Sequence record: SRR33789315_68
Strand: one strand, 5' to 3'
Length of the DNA stretch: 62,205 nt
Under the pieces are notes generated by a model that did no database searches, had not been told where the DNA came from, and saw only the letters and a list, made by a program, of their open reading frames with translations. Both the position numbers and the translations under genes were made by a program. This document shows positions 39,896 through 48,740 of this stretch, in pieces. The first letter of the stretch is position 1. Each line of letters opens with the position of its first letter.

Positions 39896-41023
39896 TTAAA
39901 TTGGGGCAAGTAAACCGGCCATCGATAAAGCCATTATTTGTACATGTTCTTCTTTTGCGCCACCGGTCATTTCTATTTCACCTAATCGAAGTGAGTTTGC
40001 CACAATCATACGACAGCGTTCCCAGCGACGATTTTGAAAACGTTCAAAAATGTCTTTAATCTCACCACCGGCCGCAACCTCTTCACTTAATACCACGGCA
40101 TCTTCGTGTCCCATACCTGCGCCAGAAGCAAGGTGAGGCGTGGTTGCATGTACCGCGTCACCAATGAGTAATACCCGACTGTTATACCAAGGGCGAGGCA
40201 TAATCATGCCTTCAAGAGGTCGATACAAAATTTGACTTTTTTCGTTAAGACTGGCTTTGACCTTTTCGGCAATAGGGGCGGTAAACGAGCGCAATAAATT
40301 TAAAAAATAAGTCAGTTCGTCTTCTTTAGCAATGCGTTCTTTATTGGGACGTAATTCCGTATAATTTACATACATTTCATCCGCTGAAACTGGAGTGAAA
40401 CCCATTTTTCCGCTTGCTCCAAAATATAAGGAAGCACGTTCTAATCCAAAACGAGGCACCACTGCTCTCCACACTCCTTGTCCGGTATATTGCGGCTCAG
40501 GGGCACCAGGAAAAACGGTGGCTCTTACTTTAGAAAACAAGCCATCCGCAGCAACTACCACATCATAGTCTTCACTTTTACCGTTTGTCATGGTGACAGT
40601 GACTTTATCAACGCCTTCATTAATATCGGTGAAAGTGTGACCAAGGATAACGTTAACACCAGCTTCTTTGGTTTTCTCACCTAGGATTTTAGCTAGCACA
40701 GGTCGCATAATACCGCCCCCCCCGACTACGCTTGAGTCAAAGACCGCAGGAGTGGAAATTTGCTTGATAAAGGTGCCGTCTGCGGTAAACATATCCACAC
40801 CTACAGTGATTGCACCATGTTGCTTAAATTCGTCTAATAAACCTATTTTTTCAATTGCTCGTAATGAAGGCCCGCTAACCGTAATACCTGCACCATCGGT
40901 GCGCCAGTTTTTATCTATTTCTAAAACCGTGACATCCAGTCCTTGACGTTGCAGCAAGATAGCTGCCGACATACCTGAAAAACCACCGCCAACAACTAAT
41001 ACTTTTTGAATAGACTGTGTCAT
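39896..41023 (-). CDS. FAD-dependent aromatic monooxygenase (FdeE-like)
   Basis: GGGFSG; AADG; LIGDAVHATTPHLASGAGMGHEDA; gene order VOC-Rieske-monooxygenase as in fdeCDE. Confidence 0.9.
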   Translation of the reverse strand: MTQSIQKVLVVGGGFSGMSAAILLQRQGLDVTVLEIDKNWRTDGAGITVSGPSLRAIEKIGLLDEFKQHGAITVGVDMFTADGTFIKQISTPAVFDSSVVGGGGIMRPVLAKILGEKTKEAGVNVILGHTFTDINEGVDKVTVTMTNGKSEDYDVVVAADGLFSKVRATVFPGAPEPQYTGQGVWRAVVPRFGLERASLYFGASGKMGFTPVSADEMYVNYTELRPNKERIAKEDELTYFLNLLRSFTAPIAEKVKASLNEKSQILYRPLEGMIMPRPWYNSRVLLIGDAVHATTPHLASGAGMGHEDAVVLSEEVAAGGEIKDIFERFQNRRWERCRMIVANSLRLGEIEMTGGAKEEHVQIMALSMAGLLAPI

Positions 41024-41379
41024 AAATCTCGCTCGTTTGTTGATTCCATATATAGCGTTCCGTCGGCGTCACAATTTACTTTGACTGGCGTTAGAGACTG
41101 TCCAATACAAGGCCCCCTAACACACTGCCCAGATGCTATGTCAAATAGTGCGCCATGGGAGCCGCACTGGATAAATTCGCCGTTACCACTTAAAAAATGA
41201 TGTTGCCGCCATGCCATACTGGCCTGCTCATATCCCTGATGGGGACAAGAGTTTTTATAGGCGTAAAGTGTGTCTGGTTGCCGGACTACAAAAATACTGT
41301 GTTTGCCTATCGCTTGAGGGTCGAAACCTCGGGACTGTCCAAGTGTAATATCGTTGATATGTCCTAGTTGTATTTTCAT
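41020..41379 (-). CDS. Rieske [2Fe-2S] ferredoxin (FdeD-like)
   Basis: CPH and CGSHG ligands; start at MKIQLG; 4-nt overlap with the monooxygenase. Confidence 0.88.
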   Translation of the reverse strand: MKIQLGHINDITLGQSRGFDPQAIGKHSIFVVRQPDTLYAYKNSCPHQGYEQASMAWRQHHFLSGNGEFIQCGSHGALFDIASGQCVRGPCIGQSLTPVKVNCDADGTLYMESTNERDL

Positions 41380-41384
41380 TGGGT

Positions 41385-42314
41385 TTAGTGAGGGCCCCCG
41401 CCAGGCTGCCAATTATCTACAAGGGTAAAATTGAATAACTGTGAGGTATCTTCTGCCGCATCACAGGCTCTTGGCGTCCAGCTGTCATCATGTAAGTCCA
41501 TATCAGCGTCATATTCAACATGGGCGCCTAATGGGCTGTTGAAATACCAAAACCAATTAGAGCCAAAGATATGGCGTCCCGGCCCCCAAAAAGACTCATA
41601 GCCTTTTTGTACAAATTGTCGTCCAATTTGCATGAGTTCAGTGGGGCCACCCACATGAAAGGTAAAGTGCTCGACGCCCAACATATGAGGAGGCGTTTCG
41701 ATAAAGAATAAGGTGTGATGTTCCAAGGTACCGGCTGGGCGCATAAATGGCCCTAGATTGCTAAAGCGGTCAACGGTGATAAAACCCAAACGTTCATAAA
41801 ACGTTTCAGTTCTAGCTCTATCCGGCACAAAATAAACGACATGTGACAAACTACGCGGAATAATATTAGGTTCTACCACTGCACCAACACAATTTACCGC
41901 ACGTTGTGCATCGCCTGGCGCATTGACTTTTTCTGCTGGCAAAGTTAATGGTTGGCGCACGGTTAATTGAAAGCCCAGCACAAAACCATTGGGATCGGTG
42001 ACTTCTAATGAGCCATCATCTAATAGGGTCACTTCACGGTCTTTGCTCATTTCTTGTTTAATCAGTTGCAAAGTGTCTGTGTCAGCCACACCATAAACGG
42101 TTTTGCGTAACATGCTGTCGGTCGGTAGGGGCTTAGGCAGGCTGGCGTCATCGCGAGCTTTAATGACCACTGAACTTCCATCTTGGCCTTTAAATTCACC
42201 ACCATTTTTATCCACATTGTAAGGGATAAGTCCGTAATCCGTCATGTATTGACAACACTTAGCGACATCATCAACACCAAAAACCAAGCTATCTAAGCCA
42301 ACTATATTCATCAT
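41385..42314 (-). CDS. VOC-family extradiol-type dioxygenase (FdeC-like)
   Basis: SLSHVV, HHTLF, EHFTFH, WGPGRHIFGSNWFWYF...VEYDAD. Confidence 0.88.
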   Translation of the reverse strand: MMNIVGLDSLVFGVDDVAKCCQYMTDYGLIPYNVDKNGGEFKGQDGSSVVIKARDDASLPKPLPTDSMLRKTVYGVADTDTLQLIKQEMSKDREVTLLDDGSLEVTDPNGFVLGFQLTVRQPLTLPAEKVNAPGDAQRAVNCVGAVVEPNIIPRSLSHVVYFVPDRARTETFYERLGFITVDRFSNLGPFMRPAGTLEHHTLFFIETPPHMLGVEHFTFHVGGPTELMQIGRQFVQKGYESFWGPGRHIFGSNWFWYFNSPLGAHVEYDADMDLHDDSWTPRACDAAEDTSQLFNFTLVDNWQPGGGPH

Positions 42315-42377
42315 TTTTACCCAATTAATGCACAGTGTTTATGAAGTTAGTCTAATGAGCGACGGAGGGCTTAACAA

Positions 42378-42414
42378 ATTGGTTATACAAATTTTTAACA
42401 TCTGCTTGGCCGAT
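42378..42414 (-). promoter_or_regulatory. Nod-box-like LysR site upstream of the fdeCDE-like operon
   Basis: Minus strand ATC-ggccaagca-GAT-gttaaaa-ATT-tgtataacc-AAT. Confidence 0.62.
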
Positions 42415-42636
42415 GAAAGCCGCAAGATTTGAATAAAGATCAGATAATTAACGCGGGCATAAAGAGCGATGAATATTAAAAATACGAGCTATATATTGAT
42501 GTGGGGGTGTATATATTTAACCTAGAGCGACACATGCTTAATACCGATCCGTTTTGATAAGAGAAAAGCACTTCCTTGTGCCCGTGAAACTTAAAATGGC
42601 AGCCGCCATGTAAGGCTTTTTATTAAACTAGGTGAT

Positions 42637-43026
42637 TTAACGCCAGAAAAACTGCCATTTCCCACTCTTAAGCCTGCGACGAAACATATCGATGTATACC
42701 CAAGTACCTGTGATACTGAGGATTAAAAAAATAACACCACACAATACATTGATCACTCGCCCCGTCGGCCCCAAAATATAACCTGCATGAATATCTTGCA
42801 ATAAATAGTGCCAGTTAATACTTTGCTCTGGCGGTTTTACCGCTGAAACTGCCGTTACTGAAGGGGCTGGAGTCAGGTCGTTGGAACTTATTGTTGCGGC
42901 ACTCGGCTTGCCGGGTGGGGGATTAATCCACATATCCACTTGCATGGCGATGCCTGTCAGGGCAATAAGCATAAAAAAAATCGCGGGGATAATGCTTAAC
43001 CAGCGATGGAGTTGTCGAATGGTCAT
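42637..43026 (-). CDS. PepSY-associated TM-helix membrane protein
   Basis: RQLHRWLS...LTG; LQDIHAG...G; LSITGTWVY. Confidence 0.8.
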   Translation of the reverse strand: MTIRQLHRWLSIIPAIFFMLIALTGIAMQVDMWINPPPGKPSAATISSNDLTPAPSVTAVSAVKPPEQSINWHYLLQDIHAGYILGPTGRVINVLCGVIFLILSITGTWVYIDMFRRRLKSGKWQFFWR

Positions 43027-43086
43027 GGTGTTGTGCTCCTAAAAAGGCAGCGGGTTAATCAGCTGCCTTCAAGCTAAGGCCCTTAT

Positions 43087-44172
43087 TTAGTAACTAAAGG
43101 TGTCGTCAAAAGTGTAATAAGGTTCGGGAAACTTAGGATAAATGATCGACGGTCTTTCTGGACTGTAAGCAGGATACGAATATTCTGGTTTACTGAATCC
43201 AGGGGGCATTTCGCCGTCACGCTCTCCGGCTTCCGCCATGCCTACCTTGTCAAAATCTAACCACTTATCGTCTAAGGATGGAGTGAAATCGTAAGCCATT
43301 TGTAAATGCCAAATTTTCCATTGGCCATCTTCTAAGACAAAATCACCACCGTATTTCTCCCAAAAGAAAGTACCACGTACGCCGACTTTGCCATTTTCGA
43401 TATTGGTCATCAGTCCCATGCCAGGTGAATACCAAATACCTTTGGCCGTTTTACCATCACCAGCAATTTCAATAACTGGCGTAGTATTTGTGTGCATGGC
43501 CCATTCATGGCCCGCGCCTAAGTTTTCTGAGATGTTTTTGACCCCTGGGTTGATATCACTTAGCGCTTTTAAGGCCTTTTCACGGCTATCTTGGTTGTGT
43601 GCACCATAAGCGCCTTTAATAATTGAAATGCCATTCATAACCCACGCAGGGCTGGCAAAAGTAGCTGATTTACCATGGGCACCATTTTCATCTACCCACA
43701 ATGCTTCGACCTCCTGCATGTTGAGTCCAGCGGCGTGGTAGTAAGCATGTTTACTCATGGTATTTTGTACCTGCCACATGGCTAATGCCGCCTCCGCCGC
43801 AGAAATACGCGGGCGTTTATCCTCTGTTACTGGCATTGTCGCTGCCATTTGTTTGTCAAACTGCTTAAATTCTGACAGCGTTAGTTTGCCATCACCATTG
43901 ATATCAATACCTTGGGGGGCAGGACTACTGTCATAATCATTTTGCGTAACAAAACCCCTGCCTTTTTCAAACATGTTAAAGGACGATATCGGCGCTCCGG
44001 CTTGTTGCCATTCCCATCGGGTCATTTTTCCGTTGTTGTCTAAATCGACCGCTTGTACAACAGGCGTGAAGTCGGGGTTGTTAAGAGCTTTTGTATCATT
44101 GGCTGCATTCACCGCGCACGCGCCGGTTAACAAGGTCAGTGATATCGCAATTGACAGTTTTTTCAGATTCAT
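43087..44172 (-). CDS. Secreted EF-hand plus SnoaL/NTF2-like fusion protein (paralogue 5)
   Basis: Signal peptide; EF-hand-like loops DLDNNGKMTRWE and DINGDGKLTLSE; MHTNTTPVIEIAGDGKTAKGIWYSPG; WKIWH. Confidence 0.85.
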   Translation of the reverse strand: MNLKKLSIAISLTLLTGACAVNAANDTKALNNPDFTPVVQAVDLDNNGKMTRWEWQQAGAPISSFNMFEKGRGFVTQNDYDSSPAPQGIDINGDGKLTLSEFKQFDKQMAATMPVTEDKRPRISAAEAALAMWQVQNTMSKHAYYHAAGLNMQEVEALWVDENGAHGKSATFASPAWVMNGISIIKGAYGAHNQDSREKALKALSDINPGVKNISENLGAGHEWAMHTNTTPVIEIAGDGKTAKGIWYSPGMGLMTNIENGKVGVRGTFFWEKYGGDFVLEDGQWKIWHLQMAYDFTPSLDDKWLDFDKVGMAEAGERDGEMPPGFSKPEYSYPAYSPERPSIIYPKFPEPYYTFDDTFSY

Positions 44173-44223
44173 TTTATTTCCTTAATGCTCATTTACGGTT
44201 AATTGAGTTAATGCCAGTTAGTC

Positions 44224-45081
44224 TTATTGTGTTGCGCTGTCGCTTATGCAGTCAGCGTATTCAAAGGTGTGACTCAATGTGTCATAGGGTTCGGGTAGCT
44301 TGGGCGAAAGCCGCGCTTGGCGAGTGGGGCTATATTCTTGATAAAGACGTTTGGCTATGGTGGGGCCGGGTACTTCAATACCTTCAGCGCCAGGGCCGGG
44401 TGATTGTTTTTCTGCTCCCTCTGTTCCCATCGCAGCGACTGCTGAGTATTGAACAGGTAGGGCTTCTCCAAAAGGAGCCGCCCAATCCGTGGACACTTGT
44501 ATGTGTAAAAAGCGCCATTGGCCTTGTTCTTTAACCAGATCAACATGATATTTTTCCCACATGTTTATACCTTGTGACGTTAATCCATCCACACTGGATA
44601 AGATGACGCCAGGGGTATACCAAAATGCCTTAGCCGTTTGACCATCACCAGCGACTTCAATTAATGGTGTAGTCCGTAGGTGGTAGACATTGTTTCCAAT
44701 GTAACGATTTTTATTGAAGTCATTTTTAATCGCTGGATTGGCGGCACTCATGGCCGCTAACTGCGCTTTTTGCATCGCGTAGTTGACGGTGACGTAGTAA
44801 TTTTCAATCGCTTCACGGCCAATCCAACAGCCTTGGTTTTGTGCCCAACGAATTTCACTGTCTGTGGACCATAAGGCTAACTCCTGTTCATTGCGGCCAA
44901 TGGAGTGAAACATCGCGCGGCGAGCCATCAAGTTTTCGATTTCTTGGCGATCAGTGGCAAGTGTTAGTTGTTTTTTTAAGCTCTGTATTTCATCTTGCTT
45001 CGCGTTGAGCAAGTTAGGCTGGCAAGCCGTTAATAAACCCATAAGGCTGATATACAGTGCGGCTAGAGTGAAGAATTTCAT
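44224..45081 (-). CDS. SnoaL/NTF2-like domain lipoprotein (paralogue 6)
   Basis: Lipobox LTA-C; YHLRTTPLIEVAGDGQTAKAFWYTPG; WRFLH. Confidence 0.85.
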   Translation of the reverse strand: MKFFTLAALYISLMGLLTACQPNLLNAKQDEIQSLKKQLTLATDRQEIENLMARRAMFHSIGRNEQELALWSTDSEIRWAQNQGCWIGREAIENYYVTVNYAMQKAQLAAMSAANPAIKNDFNKNRYIGNNVYHLRTTPLIEVAGDGQTAKAFWYTPGVILSSVDGLTSQGINMWEKYHVDLVKEQGQWRFLHIQVSTDWAAPFGEALPVQYSAVAAMGTEGAEKQSPGPGAEGIEVPGPTIAKRLYQEYSPTRQARLSPKLPEPYDTLSHTFEYADCISDSATQ

Positions 45082-45091
45082 GATTTACTTC

Positions 45092-47287
45092 CTAAAATGG
45101 GTAGTTAACATTGAGCCCAAACGTGAAGGGTTCATTGACAAAACGGCGATATACGGGATAGACATAAGCGGTTTGTGCATCGTTTTCGAGGTTCTTTAAC
45201 CACAAGCCTGCCGACCAACCGTCATTGGCGACATAACGCAGAGTGGCGTCAGTTCGGGTATAACTGTCTTGCCAAGCGCCGGGTAAGTAATATTCGGTGG
45301 TGGTAAAATAGCCCTCTGAATATTTGCTATTAATGCTGGCTATTAGCTCGCCATCATCTAACTCCCAACTGTGTTCGTAACCCAGCATTAAAGCCCATTC
45401 AGGTGAGTTGGCCATTTGTCGTCCTTTTAATTGATAAGGACCGCCATCTGCAAATGGATTGAGTGGTAATTCAGCAGCGCCGTATTCGGTGTGCAAATAG
45501 GTTAATGAGCCGGTCAAGCGACCTGCCGAACTGACTGCCCACTCTACTGTTGCTTCTGCTCCTTGAATTTGGCTGTTACCCGCATTACTGATTAACTGAA
45601 AGTTAGAATAAGACCCAGTACTGCCTGCTGCCATCGAGGTTAATGATTGCAATTGATAGTTTTTATAGTCGTAGAAAAAAATGGCGCTGTTGAGTTGTAA
45701 AGTCCCACCGAGTAAACGATTTTTAAGGCCAACTTCGTAGCTGGTGAGTTTTTCAGGATCGTATTTTTGTACGGGTACGGTTTGCGATACACCACCTTGT
45801 TTAAAGCCGGTAGCAACATGGACATATAACAAGCTGTTTTGCGCCAAATCGTATTCTAGGCCTGCTTTCCAGGTAATTGATTCAGCGACGTTTTTGTCAT
45901 AGCCTTCTTCAAATAAACTGCCTTCGGGGCTAAATAATTCATAATTAGATTCGCGAGAATCCTTGCTCCAACGTAGCCCTGTAGTGACGCGAAACATATC
46001 GTTAATGGGATAAGTTGATTGCGCAAAAACGGCGGTGGTTGTACTTGGTGCAAAACCCTGATTAAGTATATAGGTGCCATCGTCTAGATCTATTTCTTGG
46101 CCGTCGCCGCCTAAATCACCTTGGCTATTCAAATAATACAAACCGATAATCCAATCCCACGAACTATCGACCGACGATGTGAAGCGGGTTTCTAGGGATT
46201 TATAGGTCGCATTGCCAGTACCTTCGGTATAATCATCGGTACAGCCGCAACTTAGATCGGGATCTAAAATACCAAATAAGTGGCTGGTTTTTTCCATATT
46301 TTCTTGCTTTGAATACGCAGGTAATAGAGTCAGATCGCCCCAGCCAAAGTTGATATCCAACTGTAAGGACAAGGTTTCAGCTTTACGTTCAGATACGCCG
46401 GGTAAATGCTGTGCATCATTTTCCCATGCATCGCTGTTGTCAGCTGTTACCCAGCCAGACTCAGTCACAGAGCCCAAAAAAGGTGGGAAGACAAGGTTAC
46501 CGGCACTGTTTGGTACAGGTACGGTGTTCATTCCATGACCGCTGGATGCGCTTACCTCATATTTTGCTAATAAGGTGGCATTATCTGCGGGTAGAAATAA
46601 TAACTTGGCGCGCAGGCCCCAAGAGTCGTCGTCCATGGAGCCATCACTAATATAGCCGTCACGATCAGATTTAAAGCCGGAAACTCGCAGCGCTAAATCT
46701 TCGTTAGGGGCGACGTTTAGTGCCCCTTCAGTGCGCACTAAACCATAATTGCCGAGTTGTAATCTGACATAGCCTTCGGTTTCATCTAACAAAGGGTTTT
46801 GGGTAATGATATTGACTGAGCCACCTGATGCGTTACGCCCATACAAGGTGCCTTGCGGGCCTCGTAATACTTCCATGCGGGCCAAATCAAAGGCGCCGCT
46901 TTGCACTGACTCCGTTCGCCCGGTATAGATACCATCTATCAAGGTTGCAACTGCCGGATCAGCAAATCCTGGATCTACAGATGAGCCTACGCCGCGAATG
47001 AAAATTTGCGCGCCTTGGGCTAGTCCCTGTACCTCTACCCCCGTAACTCCTTTCAGTACTTGATCAAATGAAGTATTACCGGATTTACTTATTGCTTCAG
47101 CTGATATTGAAGTGACCGCAATGGCGGTTTTGTTAATATTTTGAACACGTTTTTGTGCTGTGACTTCTATTATTTCTAATTCTGCGGTGTCATTGTGTTG
47201 TGATACTTCCTGCGCGTATGCGCCGCCACCAAACAGACCTAAAGAAATGGCGAACGCTATTTTTGTTGTTGTGAATGTGTTACCCAT
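45092..47287 (-). CDS. TonB-dependent receptor 6
   Basis: Start MGNTF; EIIEVTAQKR; MEVLRGPQGTLYGRNASGG; C-terminal YPF. Confidence 0.93.
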   Translation of the reverse strand: MGNTFTTTKIAFAISLGLFGGGAYAQEVSQHNDTAELEIIEVTAQKRVQNINKTAIAVTSISAEAISKSGNTSFDQVLKGVTGVEVQGLAQGAQIFIRGVGSSVDPGFADPAVATLIDGIYTGRTESVQSGAFDLARMEVLRGPQGTLYGRNASGGSVNIITQNPLLDETEGYVRLQLGNYGLVRTEGALNVAPNEDLALRVSGFKSDRDGYISDGSMDDDSWGLRAKLLFLPADNATLLAKYEVSASSGHGMNTVPVPNSAGNLVFPPFLGSVTESGWVTADNSDAWENDAQHLPGVSERKAETLSLQLDINFGWGDLTLLPAYSKQENMEKTSHLFGILDPDLSCGCTDDYTEGTGNATYKSLETRFTSSVDSSWDWIIGLYYLNSQGDLGGDGQEIDLDDGTYILNQGFAPSTTTAVFAQSTYPINDMFRVTTGLRWSKDSRESNYELFSPEGSLFEEGYDKNVAESITWKAGLEYDLAQNSLLYVHVATGFKQGGVSQTVPVQKYDPEKLTSYEVGLKNRLLGGTLQLNSAIFFYDYKNYQLQSLTSMAAGSTGSYSNFQLISNAGNSQIQGAEATVEWAVSSAGRLTGSLTYLHTEYGAAELPLNPFADGGPYQLKGRQMANSPEWALMLGYEHSWELDDGELIASINSKYSEGYFTTTEYYLPGAWQDSYTRTDATLRYVANDGWSAGLWLKNLENDAQTAYVYPVYRRFVNEPFTFGLNVNYPF

Positions 47288-47633
47288 AAAATGTTCCACT
47301 CTAGTTATCATCCAAAATGTCTTGTTTTCACCAGAATAAAAAAGGCAAAAACAACGACCTTGTTAGCTTGTTTCTTTGTTGTTAAATTAAGAAACATCTC
47401 ACTGGGACCGCTCCCACATTTTAACAAAAAATTTGCCAGTAATACGATGTCCTGCCCTACTGGGGTCGACTGCGGCGTCAGCTTAGATAAAGTGTATCGC
47501 GTTTAACTAAAATGAATAATTTAAATTACAAATACAACACATTAAATTAACAAATACAGAAGAGTAATTTAAAATACGAGGCCATACTTGGCAGCTATTT
47601 GGCGGCGATAGTGACAAAATAATTATATCAAGT

Positions 47634-48674
47634 TTATTTAATACTTAGGCAAGAGCCACGGACCACCAAACGCCCCGCGATAAACTCTGCTTTTTTATTT
47701 TGGTTTTTGCCCGCTAGTTGATCTGTAATATAGGCAATCATACGTTCAATGATTTTATTCAGTGGATGGGCATAGGTTGTTAAGTTAAAGGCAGGCCAGT
47801 TGGCAATGGTCACATCGTCGAACCCCACTATGGATATATCTTTACCGGGCACCAGCGCAAACTCCTCTGCTGCCACCTGTAAACAGGCAAGGGCCATATG
47901 ATCATTAATACAGAAAATAGCCTCTGGTGCTTGCTCGGCAGATAAGAGTTCACGGCTAGCTTGCTGCGCCCCAGCAAAGGTGAAGTGACCACAAACTATA
48001 GTAGGGTGGGAAAAACCGGCAGCGGTAATTTCATCACAAAAAGCTTGGCACCGTCGATGATTGGTGGAGCTTTCATCCAAACCTGAAATGATTGCAAAAC
48101 GTTGATGCCCCGCTTTTAACATCAATTGCGCTAACTCACGGGCACCAGCTTGATCATCGGTACTAATACACTTCACACTTTCATCAAGATCGATGCTATT
48201 AAACATCACAGTAGGAATACCCGCCTGCTCACAACCCAAGGCTACTTTTGCTGCATAACTACTGGAAGAAAAAATAATGGCATCTAGGCTATAGCTCATG
48301 ATTTCTTCTAAACTTGGGTCGCGCTTTTGTTCTCCATGAGTAATAAACAATACAATGCGATAATTGAGTTCAGCAAAGCGGTCAGATAATTTTTGCACCA
48401 GTTCAGGATACAATTGATTATCCATATAAGTTATAGCCACACCTATCAGATTGGAGCGCTGCATCGTCAAGGAACGGGCCGTTGGATTAGGTCGATAATG
48501 TAACGTACTGGCAGCATCTAAAATCCGTTGACGTACTTCAGGTGAAACAAAGCCGCCATTAAATACTCTGGATACCGTAGACTTAGAAACCTTTGCCAGC
48601 CCCGCTACGTCAAGGCCAGTAGCACGACGTCGAGAAGCAGTATCGCGGCTTACAAATTTACTATTTTTTGCCAT
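47634..48674 (-). CDS. LacI-family transcriptional regulator
   Basis: DVAGLAKVSKSTVSRVFN; YRPNPTARSL; ISIVGFDD. Confidence 0.92.
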   Translation of the reverse strand: MAKNSKFVSRDTASRRRATGLDVAGLAKVSKSTVSRVFNGGFVSPEVRQRILDAASTLHYRPNPTARSLTMQRSNLIGVAITYMDNQLYPELVQKLSDRFAELNYRIVLFITHGEQKRDPSLEEIMSYSLDAIIFSSSSYAAKVALGCEQAGIPTVMFNSIDLDESVKCISTDDQAGARELAQLMLKAGHQRFAIISGLDESSTNHRRCQAFCDEITAAGFSHPTIVCGHFTFAGAQQASRELLSAEQAPEAIFCINDHMALACLQVAAEEFALVPGKDISIVGFDDVTIANWPAFNLTTYAHPLNKIIERMIAYITDQLAGKNQNKKAEFIAGRLVVRGSCLSIK

Positions 48675-48740
48675 GGTTCACTTCAATACTCTGTAGAATG
48701 TTTAATCATAGAGTCTCACATGCTCACCATGGCAAACTCG

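Noticed and set aside
2877-47287. Siderophore uptake or classical polysaccharide utilisation locus
   Set aside because: No siderophore synthesis, FecIR, recognisable glycoside hydrolases or SusD; neighbours are aromatic-catabolic enzymes.
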